From positions 1 through 40,213 of the IMG/VR virus record IMGVR_UViG_3300029825_000020: a DNA stretch of 40,213 nt. One strand, 5' to 3'. The notes under the pieces were generated by a model. It searched no databases, had not been told where the DNA came from, and saw only the letters and a program-made list of their open reading frames with translations. Origin of the DNA: a virus. Taxonomy: Duplodnaviria > Caudoviricetes. Shown here one piece after another: positions 25,709 to 33,699 of this stretch. The translations under genes and the position numbers were made by a program. The stretch's first letter is position 1; each line of letters opens with the position of its first letter.

Positions 25709-26377
25709 TACTACCAGATCCTCTTGATTATAAAATTCTATCTGGTAGGGTATGGGGGTACACTCCCACCACCGTCTTTGATCCCCACCCCCATATATAA
25801 TAATTAGTGTTGAGATTACATATCAAAATTTTAAAACCAATTCTTAATCAAAGTCAGACACCTCTATGCGGTAGCGATTGATGTTTAATTATATCCTCTT
25901 TGTCAACACGGTTCCTGTACCAGTATGTCTATCCACTATCCCGATTAAACGAAGCTATGTTTGTATAGGGGGATATATCTCGTTCCCTTAAAAATGAACA
26001 AAAAAATAAAGGGCTATGCCCCTATAATTTTTATAAAATTTGTGGTTTCCGTTTATATAATATAATATTCCGTCCCAGCTATCGCTGGGCTTAACATACG
26101 TGTTGTATACATCTGACACGAACAACTACGGCAATACTGTTATATGCCTTGTGTTCGCTAGAGTCTTTTCTTTTATTCTTTTTTAATAACCAAGTTAGTA
26201 GTAGTTGTGGTGTTACTTAAAGACTTCGTTTTTATATATTATATCAATTTTTTCGCACTTTTACAAGGTAATCACTTGCAAGAATTTTCACAAATATAAA
26301 GATATTATATATATAAATATATATTATAACTATAATTTATAATAAGTTTCAATCAACTTATACATAAATTAGAATAT

Positions 26378-26388
26378 TGTGGTATAAT
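26378..26388 (+). promoter_or_regulatory. Probable late promoter (extended -10, poor -35)
   Basis: TGTGGTATAAT immediately upstream of the structured RNA, tRNA and terS. Confidence 0.65.
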
Positions 26389-26430
26389 ACTTATAGGTAG
26401 ATTTGTCTTCACGGGTATTTCTACATATTT

Positions 26431-26503
26431 GACCCGCCGCACCTCTCAGATGGAGTGACCCTGCTATCAGGGCATGGAAACCCGATGTGACCCATGGCGG
26501 GTT
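26431..26503 (+). ncRNA. Candidate structured RNA (four-way junction) upstream of the tRNA
   Basis: Closing stem ACCCGC/GCGGGT encloses hairpins CAC(C)TC/GAGTG, CCCTG/CAGGG and CATGG/CCATG. Confidence 0.45.
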
Positions 26504-26512
26504 GCTTATTAT

Positions 26513-26587
26513 GCCCCTGTAGCCCAACGGAACGGCAACTGCCTTGTAAGCAGTCGATTGTGGGTTCAAATCCTACCAGGGGCTCCA
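26513..26587 (+). tRNA. tRNA-Thr (anticodon UGU) with encoded CCA
   Basis: Acceptor GCCCCTG/CAGGGGC, anticodon arm ACTGC-CTTGTAA-GCAGT, T arm GTGGG-TTCAAAT-CCTAC and a TCCA end. Confidence 0.93.
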
Positions 26588-26641
26588 ATATGTTTAATGT
26601 CGGCAGGAATGTAGATTTTTTTTGTTTAATGAGGTGATGTT

Positions 26642-26857
26642 GTGAGTTTTGATAAAGCCATCCAGCATGGCAAAGTAAGGCGCAAACCATATAGAGGCAG
26701 CAAGGCAGTAGACCGCACTTGTCGCAATCATGGGAGTTGCTCTTGGTGTCAACAAAACAGAACATATCAAGCTCGCAAATGGGAATTATTGTCTGATGTG
26801 GATAGTGAGGTGATGGCATGGCAGAACCAAAGAAACGGGGTAGACCACCAAAAGTAA
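26642..26857 (+). CDS. Small basic Cys/His protein
   Basis: GAGGTGA RBS; motif KPYRGSKAVDRTCRNHGSCSWCQQNR. Confidence 0.65.
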   Translation: MSFDKAIQHGKVRRKPYRGSKAVDRTCRNHGSCSWCQQNRTYQARKWELLSDVDSEVMAWQNQRNGVDHQK

Positions 26858-27417
26858 AACCAGTAGAGCAAGTGGTTGAACTTATACCTCTTATTAAAGA
26901 AGAAACAGAGCCTAAACCGGAACTGGATTTAACACCTAAGAACAAGGGCGGTAGACCTAAAGGGTCAATATACACCGAAGAAGAACGGGAAAAAATACTC
27001 GCCTATATGGTAACACACATGAATCCGCACACACAAAAGCCTAATCTCAGACGTTGTTCACAAGAAATTAGTGTACCGTATGCGACATTACAGGCTATAT
27101 GGGACAAGCGGGACGAGATGGCACTTGATATAAGAGAGGCACGGCAGGAATGGATACCGTCTGTTATAGAGGCTTGTCAAAGGGTGGCGTTAAAGGCTGT
27201 TATACAGGCTGAGAATAAGATTGAAAATGCAGGTCCAGGTGAAGCAGCTAAGGTGGCAGGGATACTTATAGACAAGCAAGCACTCCTGTCGGGGATGCCG
27301 ACTTCCATTGTCAACAGCAATATAGCGAATATGTCGGATGAAGAACGTAGGGCAAGGATTGATGAACTTGAAGCAAAACGTGCAGCAAGGCAAAGACCTA
27401 AAGAATTGGCTCAATAA
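26818..27417 (+). CDS. terS: Probable terminase small subunit
   Basis: Upstream of terL; AT-hook-like KKRGRPPK and KGGRPKG, HTH NLRRCSQEISVPYATLQ, and AGILIDK.LLSG.PT. Confidence 0.65.
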   Translation: MAEPKKRGRPPKVKPVEQVVELIPLIKEETEPKPELDLTPKNKGGRPKGSIYTEEEREKILAYMVTHMNPHTQKPNLRRCSQEISVPYATLQAIWDKRDEMALDIREARQEWIPSVIEACQRVALKAVIQAENKIENAGPGEAAKVAGILIDKQALLSGMPTSIVNSNIANMSDEERRARIDELEAKRAARQRPKELAQ

Positions 27418-28174
27418 GATAATCCAGGGCGATTGCCTAGAAGTGATGCAGGGGATACCCGACAAGTCAGTTGATATGATACTCTGTGATTTGCCCTACG
27501 GTACAACCGCTTGTAAGTGGGACACGATTATTCCTTTTGAGCCATTGTGGGCGCAGTATGAGCGGATTGTTAAAGACAATGGTGCGATAGTGCTGACCGC
27601 AAGTCAACCGTTTACTACGAGCCTTATAGCAAGCAATATGGTGATGTTTAAATATGAGTGGATATGGGATAAAGGGGTATCTGGTTCTTTTGCTATTGCT
27701 AAATATCAACCTTTAAAGACCCATGAAAATATTTTAATTTTTGGCAAAAACAAAATTTTATATCAACCTCAAATGGTAAAAAGGGAAAAACCGGCTCGAA
27801 TTGGTGGAGTTAAATCAGGAAGCAAACAAGGTGGTAGGGATATTATTTATAATCCCGATAAACTTGATGCTAGAAAAATATATAATGAGGCGTTCCCTAA
27901 GACTATACAATATTTTTCACCTCGTTCCATGAAAAGTGATAGGGGATTACACCCCACGCAAAAACCGGTAGCACTCTTTGAATACCTAATAAAAACCTAC
28001 ACTCAACCGGGAGAGATAGTCTTAGATAACTGTATAGGTTCCGGTACAACCGCAGTAGCCGCCCTCAACACGGGGCGGTTTTTTATTGGCATAGAAAAGG
28101 AACCGCAATATGTGGAGATAGCAAGACAAAGAGTAGAACAGGCACAGGCGCAACAAAGCCTATTTGGAGGGTAA
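27338..28174 (+). CDS. DNA methyltransferase (N6-A/N4-C, beta class); start uncertain
   Basis: Motifs IIQGDCLE, ILCDLPY, HPTQKPV and VLDNCIGSGTT. Confidence 0.92.
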   Translation: MKNVGQGLMNLKQNVQQGKDLKNWLNKIIQGDCLEVMQGIPDKSVDMILCDLPYGTTACKWDTIIPFEPLWAQYERIVKDNGAIVLTASQPFTTSLIASNMVMFKYEWIWDKGVSGSFAIAKYQPLKTHENILIFGKNKILYQPQMVKREKPARIGGVKSGSKQGGRDIIYNPDKLDARKIYNEAFPKTIQYFSPRSMKSDRGLHPTQKPVALFEYLIKTYTQPGEIVLDNCIGSGTTAVAALNTGRFFIGIEKEPQYVEIARQRVEQAQAQQSLFGG

Positions 28175-28175
28175 T

Positions 28176-29711
28176 ATGGCAGACAAAGGGTTGGGGGAGT
28201 ATCTAACCCCACAGCAAGAGGAAATAGCATATCTTGAAATGCTTGAGTTGGAAAACCAACAGTTTGCCAAAGACTACTACATTGATTACGTTGAATATGT
28301 CCATAGAGGCCAATGGAAAACAGCAAAGCATCTGGAGTTGATATGTAATGAACTCCAAAAGATTATAGATAAACCAGACCAATCACATCGAATAATGATA
28401 TTTATGTCACCACGGGGAGGGAAAAGTCAATGCGTGAGCGAAACATTCCCTTCCTTTTTTCTTGGTCATTTCCCCGACAAGCGGGTGATGATAGGCAGTT
28501 ATGGGGATTCATTGGCACAGAGATTCGGTAAGCTGAACAGGCAGAAGATAAGCGAATTTGGGCCATCCATGTTTAATGTGTCCATATCAAAACAAAAGTC
28601 ATCCATGACCAATTTTGATATAGAGGGACACAGAGGCGGTATGCTCAGTATCGGTATCGGCTCCGGTGCAACAGGGCATGGTGCTGACCTGCTCCTACTT
28701 GATGACCCTGTCAAGAATAAGGAGGAGGCCGAATCTCAGACATACAGGGATAAGATATGGGCAGAGTGGCAGAACACATTTAGAACTAGACTCCACCCTG
28801 GCGCATCGGTCATCTTGATTATGACCAGATGGCATGAAGATGATTTAGCGGGACGGTTGCTCAACCCTGAGTATGGTGAGGTTGATGATTGGAGAATCAT
28901 AAATATTCCTGCCATAGCAGAAGAAAATGATTTACTTGGTAGACAACCAGGGGAACCGTACTGGCCTGAACACGGATTTGATTTGAAGTGGGCAGAAGAT
29001 ACTAAAAATGCGGTAGGTACGCAGACTTGGAACGCATTATACCAACAAAGACCCGCACCGGCAGAGGGAGCCATGATAAAGCGGGAATGGTTTAAGTTTT
29101 ATGAAGAAGTCCCGACTAACTTTGACCTATTGTTACAGAGTTGGGATTTATCCTTCAAAGATAGCGTAGGGAGTGACTTCGTATCGGGAATGGTGATGGG
29201 GAATGTCGGGGCCAACATATATTTATTACCTGACATATCTTATGGCAGAATGGATTTTCCGACTACATTAGATGCGATAAGGAAACTAACAGCAAGGAAT
29301 CCCAAGGCGCACTTAAAACTGATAGAGGATAAAGCTAATGGCCCTGCTGTTATTGCCATGTTGCGTAAGGAGATACGTGGGATTATACCCATAACACCCA
29401 AAGGCTCAAAGGTAGCAAGGGTTAGTGCCGTATCCCCGCTGATGGAGGCCGGTAACGTATTCTTGCCATCCCCCAAAATATGTTCTTGGGTAGAAGATTT
29501 CATAGAAGAATGTGCTGCTTTCCCCAATGGGACACACGATGATCGCGTTGACAGTCTAAGTCAAGGGTTACAACGGTTCATGTACGCAAGGGAAAAGAAA
29601 GCGAAGATAAAAGACAGGGACGAGTTTTTACATAGGAACACAAGCAACATTGATGACGTTTACAGGGGTGGGGAACCATCCGACAGTTACACCCGATTCG
29701 GTATGAAATAG
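28176..29711 (+). CDS. terL: Terminase large subunit
   Basis: Walker A MSPRGGKS, Walker B LLLLDDP, MTRWHEDDLAG, nuclease SWDLSF and HDDRVD. ATG after GGAGGG. Confidence 0.95.
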   Translation: MADKGLGEYLTPQQEEIAYLEMLELENQQFAKDYYIDYVEYVHRGQWKTAKHLELICNELQKIIDKPDQSHRIMIFMSPRGGKSQCVSETFPSFFLGHFPDKRVMIGSYGDSLAQRFGKLNRQKISEFGPSMFNVSISKQKSSMTNFDIEGHRGGMLSIGIGSGATGHGADLLLLDDPVKNKEEAESQTYRDKIWAEWQNTFRTRLHPGASVILIMTRWHEDDLAGRLLNPEYGEVDDWRIINIPAIAEENDLLGRQPGEPYWPEHGFDLKWAEDTKNAVGTQTWNALYQQRPAPAEGAMIKREWFKFYEEVPTNFDLLLQSWDLSFKDSVGSDFVSGMVMGNVGANIYLLPDISYGRMDFPTTLDAIRKLTARNPKAHLKLIEDKANGPAVIAMLRKEIRGIIPITPKGSKVARVSAVSPLMEAGNVFLPSPKICSWVEDFIEECAAFPNGTHDDRVDSLSQGLQRFMYAREKKAKIKDRDEFLHRNTSNIDDVYRGGEPSDSYTRFGMK

Positions 29712-29724
29712 GGGGAATTGAATA

Positions 29725-29976
29725 ATGGTTTATTCCTTTATGGCAGGGTTTTCCCTGCTTTTTGTATTTATGTGTCTGTTTTGTTTCAAGACAGGGTATA
29801 ACGCAGGACAGGCGGTAGCACAGGGCAAGCCCATTGAGCCGTTGATTGCCAATCCTATTGAGTACATCGAGCGCAGAGCAGAAGTCAAGAAAACTCAAAA
29901 AGAGAATGACGTTATCGCCAAGGGTATAAGCAATCTGTTTGCCTATGATGGTAGCCCACAGAAGGGAAGTGAGTAG
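29725..29976 (+). CDS. Small protein with N-terminal TM helix
   Basis: Hydrophobic N-terminus; lies between terL and portal. Confidence 0.6.
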   Translation: MVYSFMAGFSLLFVFMCLFCFKTGYNAGQAVAQGKPIEPLIANPIEYIERRAEVKKTQKENDVIAKGISNLFAYDGSPQKGSE

Positions 29977-31773
29977 GTGGCAGAGATGAATACCGATGCC
30001 TGGAAGTTATATGAAACAGGTAAGTCATACCATGAGAAAATCCATCTTGTTTATGACGTTGATATTGCAGAACGATTCTACTCAGGGGATCAATGGCATG
30101 GAGTACAGGCAAACGGTCTGCCCACTCCTGTTTTTAATATTCACAAGAGGGTTATAGATCATTTTATTTCTTCTATATTAAGCCAGGATATACGGTTGCA
30201 ATTCACGCCTTATAATATACCCAAGGAACCGGAAAATCCTAAAGACCAATACAAGGCGTATGCAGCGGAGATAGTCAATGAACAATGCCTTAACCTTTGG
30301 GAACGGTTGAAAATGTCAACCATCATGCGCCACGCATTGAGGGATATGGGATTAAGCGGTGATGCCGCAGGGTATTCCTACTTTGACGAAAACCTAATGA
30401 TAGCCGATCCCATAGAGGTAGATGGGGTGGAGGTAGAGCGACCTAAGGGCGATATAGCTTTTGAGTTGGTTGATAACGTCAATGTTATGTTCGGCAATCC
30501 CAATGATTACAGGGTGGAAACGCAACCCTACATATTAATAGTGTTCCGGTCTTTGGTTGAGGATTTAAAAGAAGAAGCAAAGGCCAATGGTATACCCAAG
30601 CGGGATTACGAATTTATCATGGCTGATAATGACGTAGAAAACCAGGCGGGTGACAGAGCCAAGATAGAGTTAGACAGCAAGGACGGTGGGGGTAAAGCAA
30701 CCACCATTATTAAGATGTGGCGGGACAAGGAAACCAAACGTATCTTTTGGAACAAGTCAACTAAGAATTGCACGATAAAAAAAGATGTAGACGCCGGACT
30801 GTCTCACTACTTAATAGCATGGACAAGTTGGGGATTCCGCAAGAACAGTTATCATGGCATAGCGGTAGGGACAGAGATAATTCCGAATCAAATCTTCATT
30901 AATAAGATGTTCGCTATGGTCATGTTAAATCTCATGCAGACCGCATTTCCCAAGGCAGTATATAATTCTTCTTTGATTGATAAGTGGTCGAATCAGATCG
31001 GTGAAGCGATACCGGTTGAAGCCGCCGAAGATATGGGCAGGGTGGCCATGTATCTATCACCTGGGGTAATGAGCAGCCAGGTAATGAACGTCATAGATGC
31101 TGCCATCAATTACACCAAACAGATGCTTGGAGCCAATGATGCGGCTTTGGGTGACATAAGACCGGAGAATCATAGTGCCATCATAGCTTTACAGAAGGCC
31201 GCCATGGTTCCGCTAGAAACCGTACAGAGAAACCTCTATCAATGGGTAGAAGATATAGGCAGGATATGGTTTGACATTATGGCACACAAGTATGGTAAAC
31301 GTACCGTTGTCCATAAAGGCCAGAAGGTAGAGTTTGATTTCGACACCTTGCGTGATATGCAAATGAATCTACGTATAGACGTTGGAGCATCAAGCTATTG
31401 GAGCGAGATAACCTCTGCGCAGACCCTTGACAGCCTGTTTAGGGAGAAGTCGATAGACTTTGTTCAGTATTTAGAGCGTATGCCAGAGGGGTATATACCC
31501 CGTAAGCAGGAGTTGTTGGATGACATCAAACGCAAGATAGCGGAGAGGGCAGGGAAACCAGAGGCACCCATTGATAAACCGAGTGTATCAATCAGTTATA
31601 CTGACCTACCTATCAATGGGCAGATACAGTTAGCGCAACAGATAGGTATAGAGTTGCAACCGCAAGACTTCGCTAATATGCCGATGGATGAAGGGCAGAT
31701 GCAATCTCAACCTATGCCTATACCAGAGAAACCGCCAATGCAAATGCCTCCACAAGGGGGCATGGTTATTTAA
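29977..31773 (+). CDS. Portal protein (P22-like)
   Basis: Follows terL; FYSGDQW, PVFN..KRVID, SAIIALQ, IDVG and a Gln/Met/Pro-rich tail; 598 aa. Confidence 0.85.
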   Translation: MAEMNTDAWKLYETGKSYHEKIHLVYDVDIAERFYSGDQWHGVQANGLPTPVFNIHKRVIDHFISSILSQDIRLQFTPYNIPKEPENPKDQYKAYAAEIVNEQCLNLWERLKMSTIMRHALRDMGLSGDAAGYSYFDENLMIADPIEVDGVEVERPKGDIAFELVDNVNVMFGNPNDYRVETQPYILIVFRSLVEDLKEEAKANGIPKRDYEFIMADNDVENQAGDRAKIELDSKDGGGKATTIIKMWRDKETKRIFWNKSTKNCTIKKDVDAGLSHYLIAWTSWGFRKNSYHGIAVGTEIIPNQIFINKMFAMVMLNLMQTAFPKAVYNSSLIDKWSNQIGEAIPVEAAEDMGRVAMYLSPGVMSSQVMNVIDAAINYTKQMLGANDAALGDIRPENHSAIIALQKAAMVPLETVQRNLYQWVEDIGRIWFDIMAHKYGKRTVVHKGQKVEFDFDTLRDMQMNLRIDVGASSYWSEITSAQTLDSLFREKSIDFVQYLERMPEGYIPRKQELLDDIKRKIAERAGKPEAPIDKPSVSISYTDLPINGQIQLAQQIGIELQPQDFANMPMDEGQMQSQPMPIPEKPPMQMPPQGGMVI

Positions 31774-32537
31774 TGAGGTTTATAATCAAAGACTTCGGTA
31801 ATTTAGATTATGCCTATGTGTTGCCGTTGGGGGATATGCATATTGGCGATCCTGCCTTTGACAGTAAGAAGTTTATCAAACTGAGGGATTGGATACTAGA
31901 GAATCCCAATGTCTATGTAATCCTTGTTGGTGACATATTGAATTGCGCCATCAAGAGCAGTAAGTCTGAGATATACAATGAGTTAATGAATCCCCAACAG
32001 GCCAAGAAATATGCCATGGAATTATTGACTCCCATCAAAGACCGATTGATCGGGATGGTGGCAGGAAACCATGAATACCGTATATACAGGGAAAGCGGGA
32101 CAGATATAAGTGAAGATATAGCGGATAGATTGGGCGTTCCGTATGATATGGACGGTCTGTTATTGAATATGAAATTCGACCCGTACCCTGAGTTGCGGAA
32201 GGGCAAGATAAACTATACGACCTATGTAAGTCACGGATTCGGTGGTGGAGGCACGAAGGGTGCAAAGATAAACGCAGTATCTAAACTGAGCAATATCGTG
32301 CTTGCCGATATATATGTGACGGGACATGTGCATTTTGCAACAGTATTCAAAGATTCGTTCTTTATTCCAGACACCCGTAACGGGAAAATAGACAAAATGA
32401 CCCGTACCTTTGTAAGTGCGGGTTCTTTCTTGTCATGGGGAGGGTATGCAGAACGTATGTCGCTTGCCCCTGCCAAGTTAGGCACTCCAAGGATACGCCT
32501 TGATGGGCAGAAGAAGGATTGCCATGTATCAATATAA
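31773..32537 (+). CDS. Calcineurin-like metallophosphoesterase
   Basis: Motifs GDMHIG, VGD, GNHE, SHG and TGHVH. Confidence 0.9.
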   Translation: MRFIIKDFGNLDYAYVLPLGDMHIGDPAFDSKKFIKLRDWILENPNVYVILVGDILNCAIKSSKSEIYNELMNPQQAKKYAMELLTPIKDRLIGMVAGNHEYRIYRESGTDISEDIADRLGVPYDMDGLLLNMKFDPYPELRKGKINYTTYVSHGFGGGGTKGAKINAVSKLSNIVLADIYVTGHVHFATVFKDSFFIPDTRNGKIDKMTRTFVSAGSFLSWGGYAERMSLAPAKLGTPRIRLDGQKKDCHVSI

Positions 32538-32741
32538 GGGGGTTATAGATATGGAACTGGGGCTGTCGTTACCACCTTAGTAATGGGATTACTCTTAATT
32601 GTTTATGTAATAACGCCTAGGGGGTGATGCTCATGGACACCGCCATGAGCGAATAGACCTAGCGTAGCCAAATGGACAAGTGGGTGTGAACGCCAAGATA
32701 GAGATGCAGGGGTAGGGAGCATATTGGCGTGAATATTGTTT

Positions 32742-32798
32742 AGCAACGGAGTTTCGGAGAGTTTCGCTACTTTCCGATTCTCCGTTTGCTTTTTATTT
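32742..32798 (+). terminator. Long hairpin plus T tract (terminator or processing site) before the scaffold gene
   Basis: AGCAACGGAG-TT-TCGGAGAGT-loop-ACTTTCCGA-TT-CTCCGTTTGCT followed by TTTTATTT. Confidence 0.55.
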
Positions 32799-32854
32799 AT
32801 GAAACGGGCGTTGACTTTTGACAAGTGCCGCCGACTTGAAAGGGGTATTCAGTA

Positions 32855-33679
32855 ATGGAAGAACTAGGAACTTCGGGCGTAGAAAGTGCTTCTGTTGAAA
32901 GCACTCCTGTTGCCGCCGAACAGGGGAGTCAAGTTGAAACTGCCGCTGTACCGGAAGATACAGGAACACCTACAACGGGCGAAAGCACTCCTGCCGCCGG
33001 GGAGAGTACAGGAACAGAGGATAAAACCGAGATAGCATTTGCAAAGAGGTTGGCGAAAGAGCGGGAGAAGATTGAGGCAGAAGTGTTTGCCAAAGCACAA
33101 GCACAGATAATGTCTAATGATCCCACAATGAAATTCGTCAGCAAAATAGCCAAAGAGAATGGCATGACACCCCAAGAACTCGTGCAGTATTGGGAGCAGG
33201 AACAACAGAGGCAGGAGAGGGAGCAATTCTTGGCACAAGGAATTCCCGAACACCTGGCTGAGAAACTTCAAAAATTGCCTGAGTTAGAGAGCAAGGTGCA
33301 GGGTTGGGAAAAAGCCCAAGCCTTAACCAAAAAAGTACAAGCGGAACGCAAAGAGTTTTTCGAGCATTACCCTGATGTTCAGATCGCAGACATTTCGGAA
33401 GAAGTGTTCTTCCTCATTGACAACAGGGGATTGACCTTGCTTGATGCGTACAACCGTGTCCATGCGAAAGAGAGAATAGCGCAGTTAGAAAAGGCATTAG
33501 GAGTGAAGGAGAAAAACGCTGCCAATACGGGTGGCACTCCAGGTAGCGTAGCAGGGCAGGGTACTGTACCGTCTGACTTCATAAGTTACGAAACATTCCA
33601 AGCCAACAAGAGCAACCAGAGATGGGTAATAGACAACCTATCAATAATAAACAAGAGCCGCTCCAAGTGGGGAGGTTAA
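32855..33679 (+). CDS. Capsid scaffolding protein
   Basis: Directly upstream of the major capsid gene; acidic disordered N-terminus, coiled coil, FFEHYPD, LLDAY and TPGS. Confidence 0.8.
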   Translation: MEELGTSGVESASVESTPVAAEQGSQVETAAVPEDTGTPTTGESTPAAGESTGTEDKTEIAFAKRLAKEREKIEAEVFAKAQAQIMSNDPTMKFVSKIAKENGMTPQELVQYWEQEQQRQEREQFLAQGIPEHLAEKLQKLPELESKVQGWEKAQALTKKVQAERKEFFEHYPDVQIADISEEVFFLIDNRGLTLLDAYNRVHAKERIAQLEKALGVKEKNAANTGGTPGSVAGQGTVPSDFISYETFQANKSNQRWVIDNLSIINKSRSKWGG

Positions 33680-33699
33680 TATGAAAGGATGATTAAAGG

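Noticed and set aside
26026-26040. CodY box (AATTTTTATAAAATT), and a GlnR-like site at 25291-307
   Set aside because: Both are A/T-dominated matches that are expected by chance in this AT-rich region.
26431-26503. Second tRNA or HDV-like/theta ribozyme
   Set aside because: There is no T-loop or 7-nt anticodon loop, I could not build the nested HDV pseudoknot, and the element lies 5' rather than 3' of the tRNA.
27338-28174. Methyltransferase as part of a restriction-modification system
   Set aside because: There is no adjacent endonuclease; orphan methyltransferases beside terminase genes are common.
32620-32660. Hammerhead ribozyme
   Set aside because: GTGATGC and GAAT do not match the CUGANGA and GAAA core.
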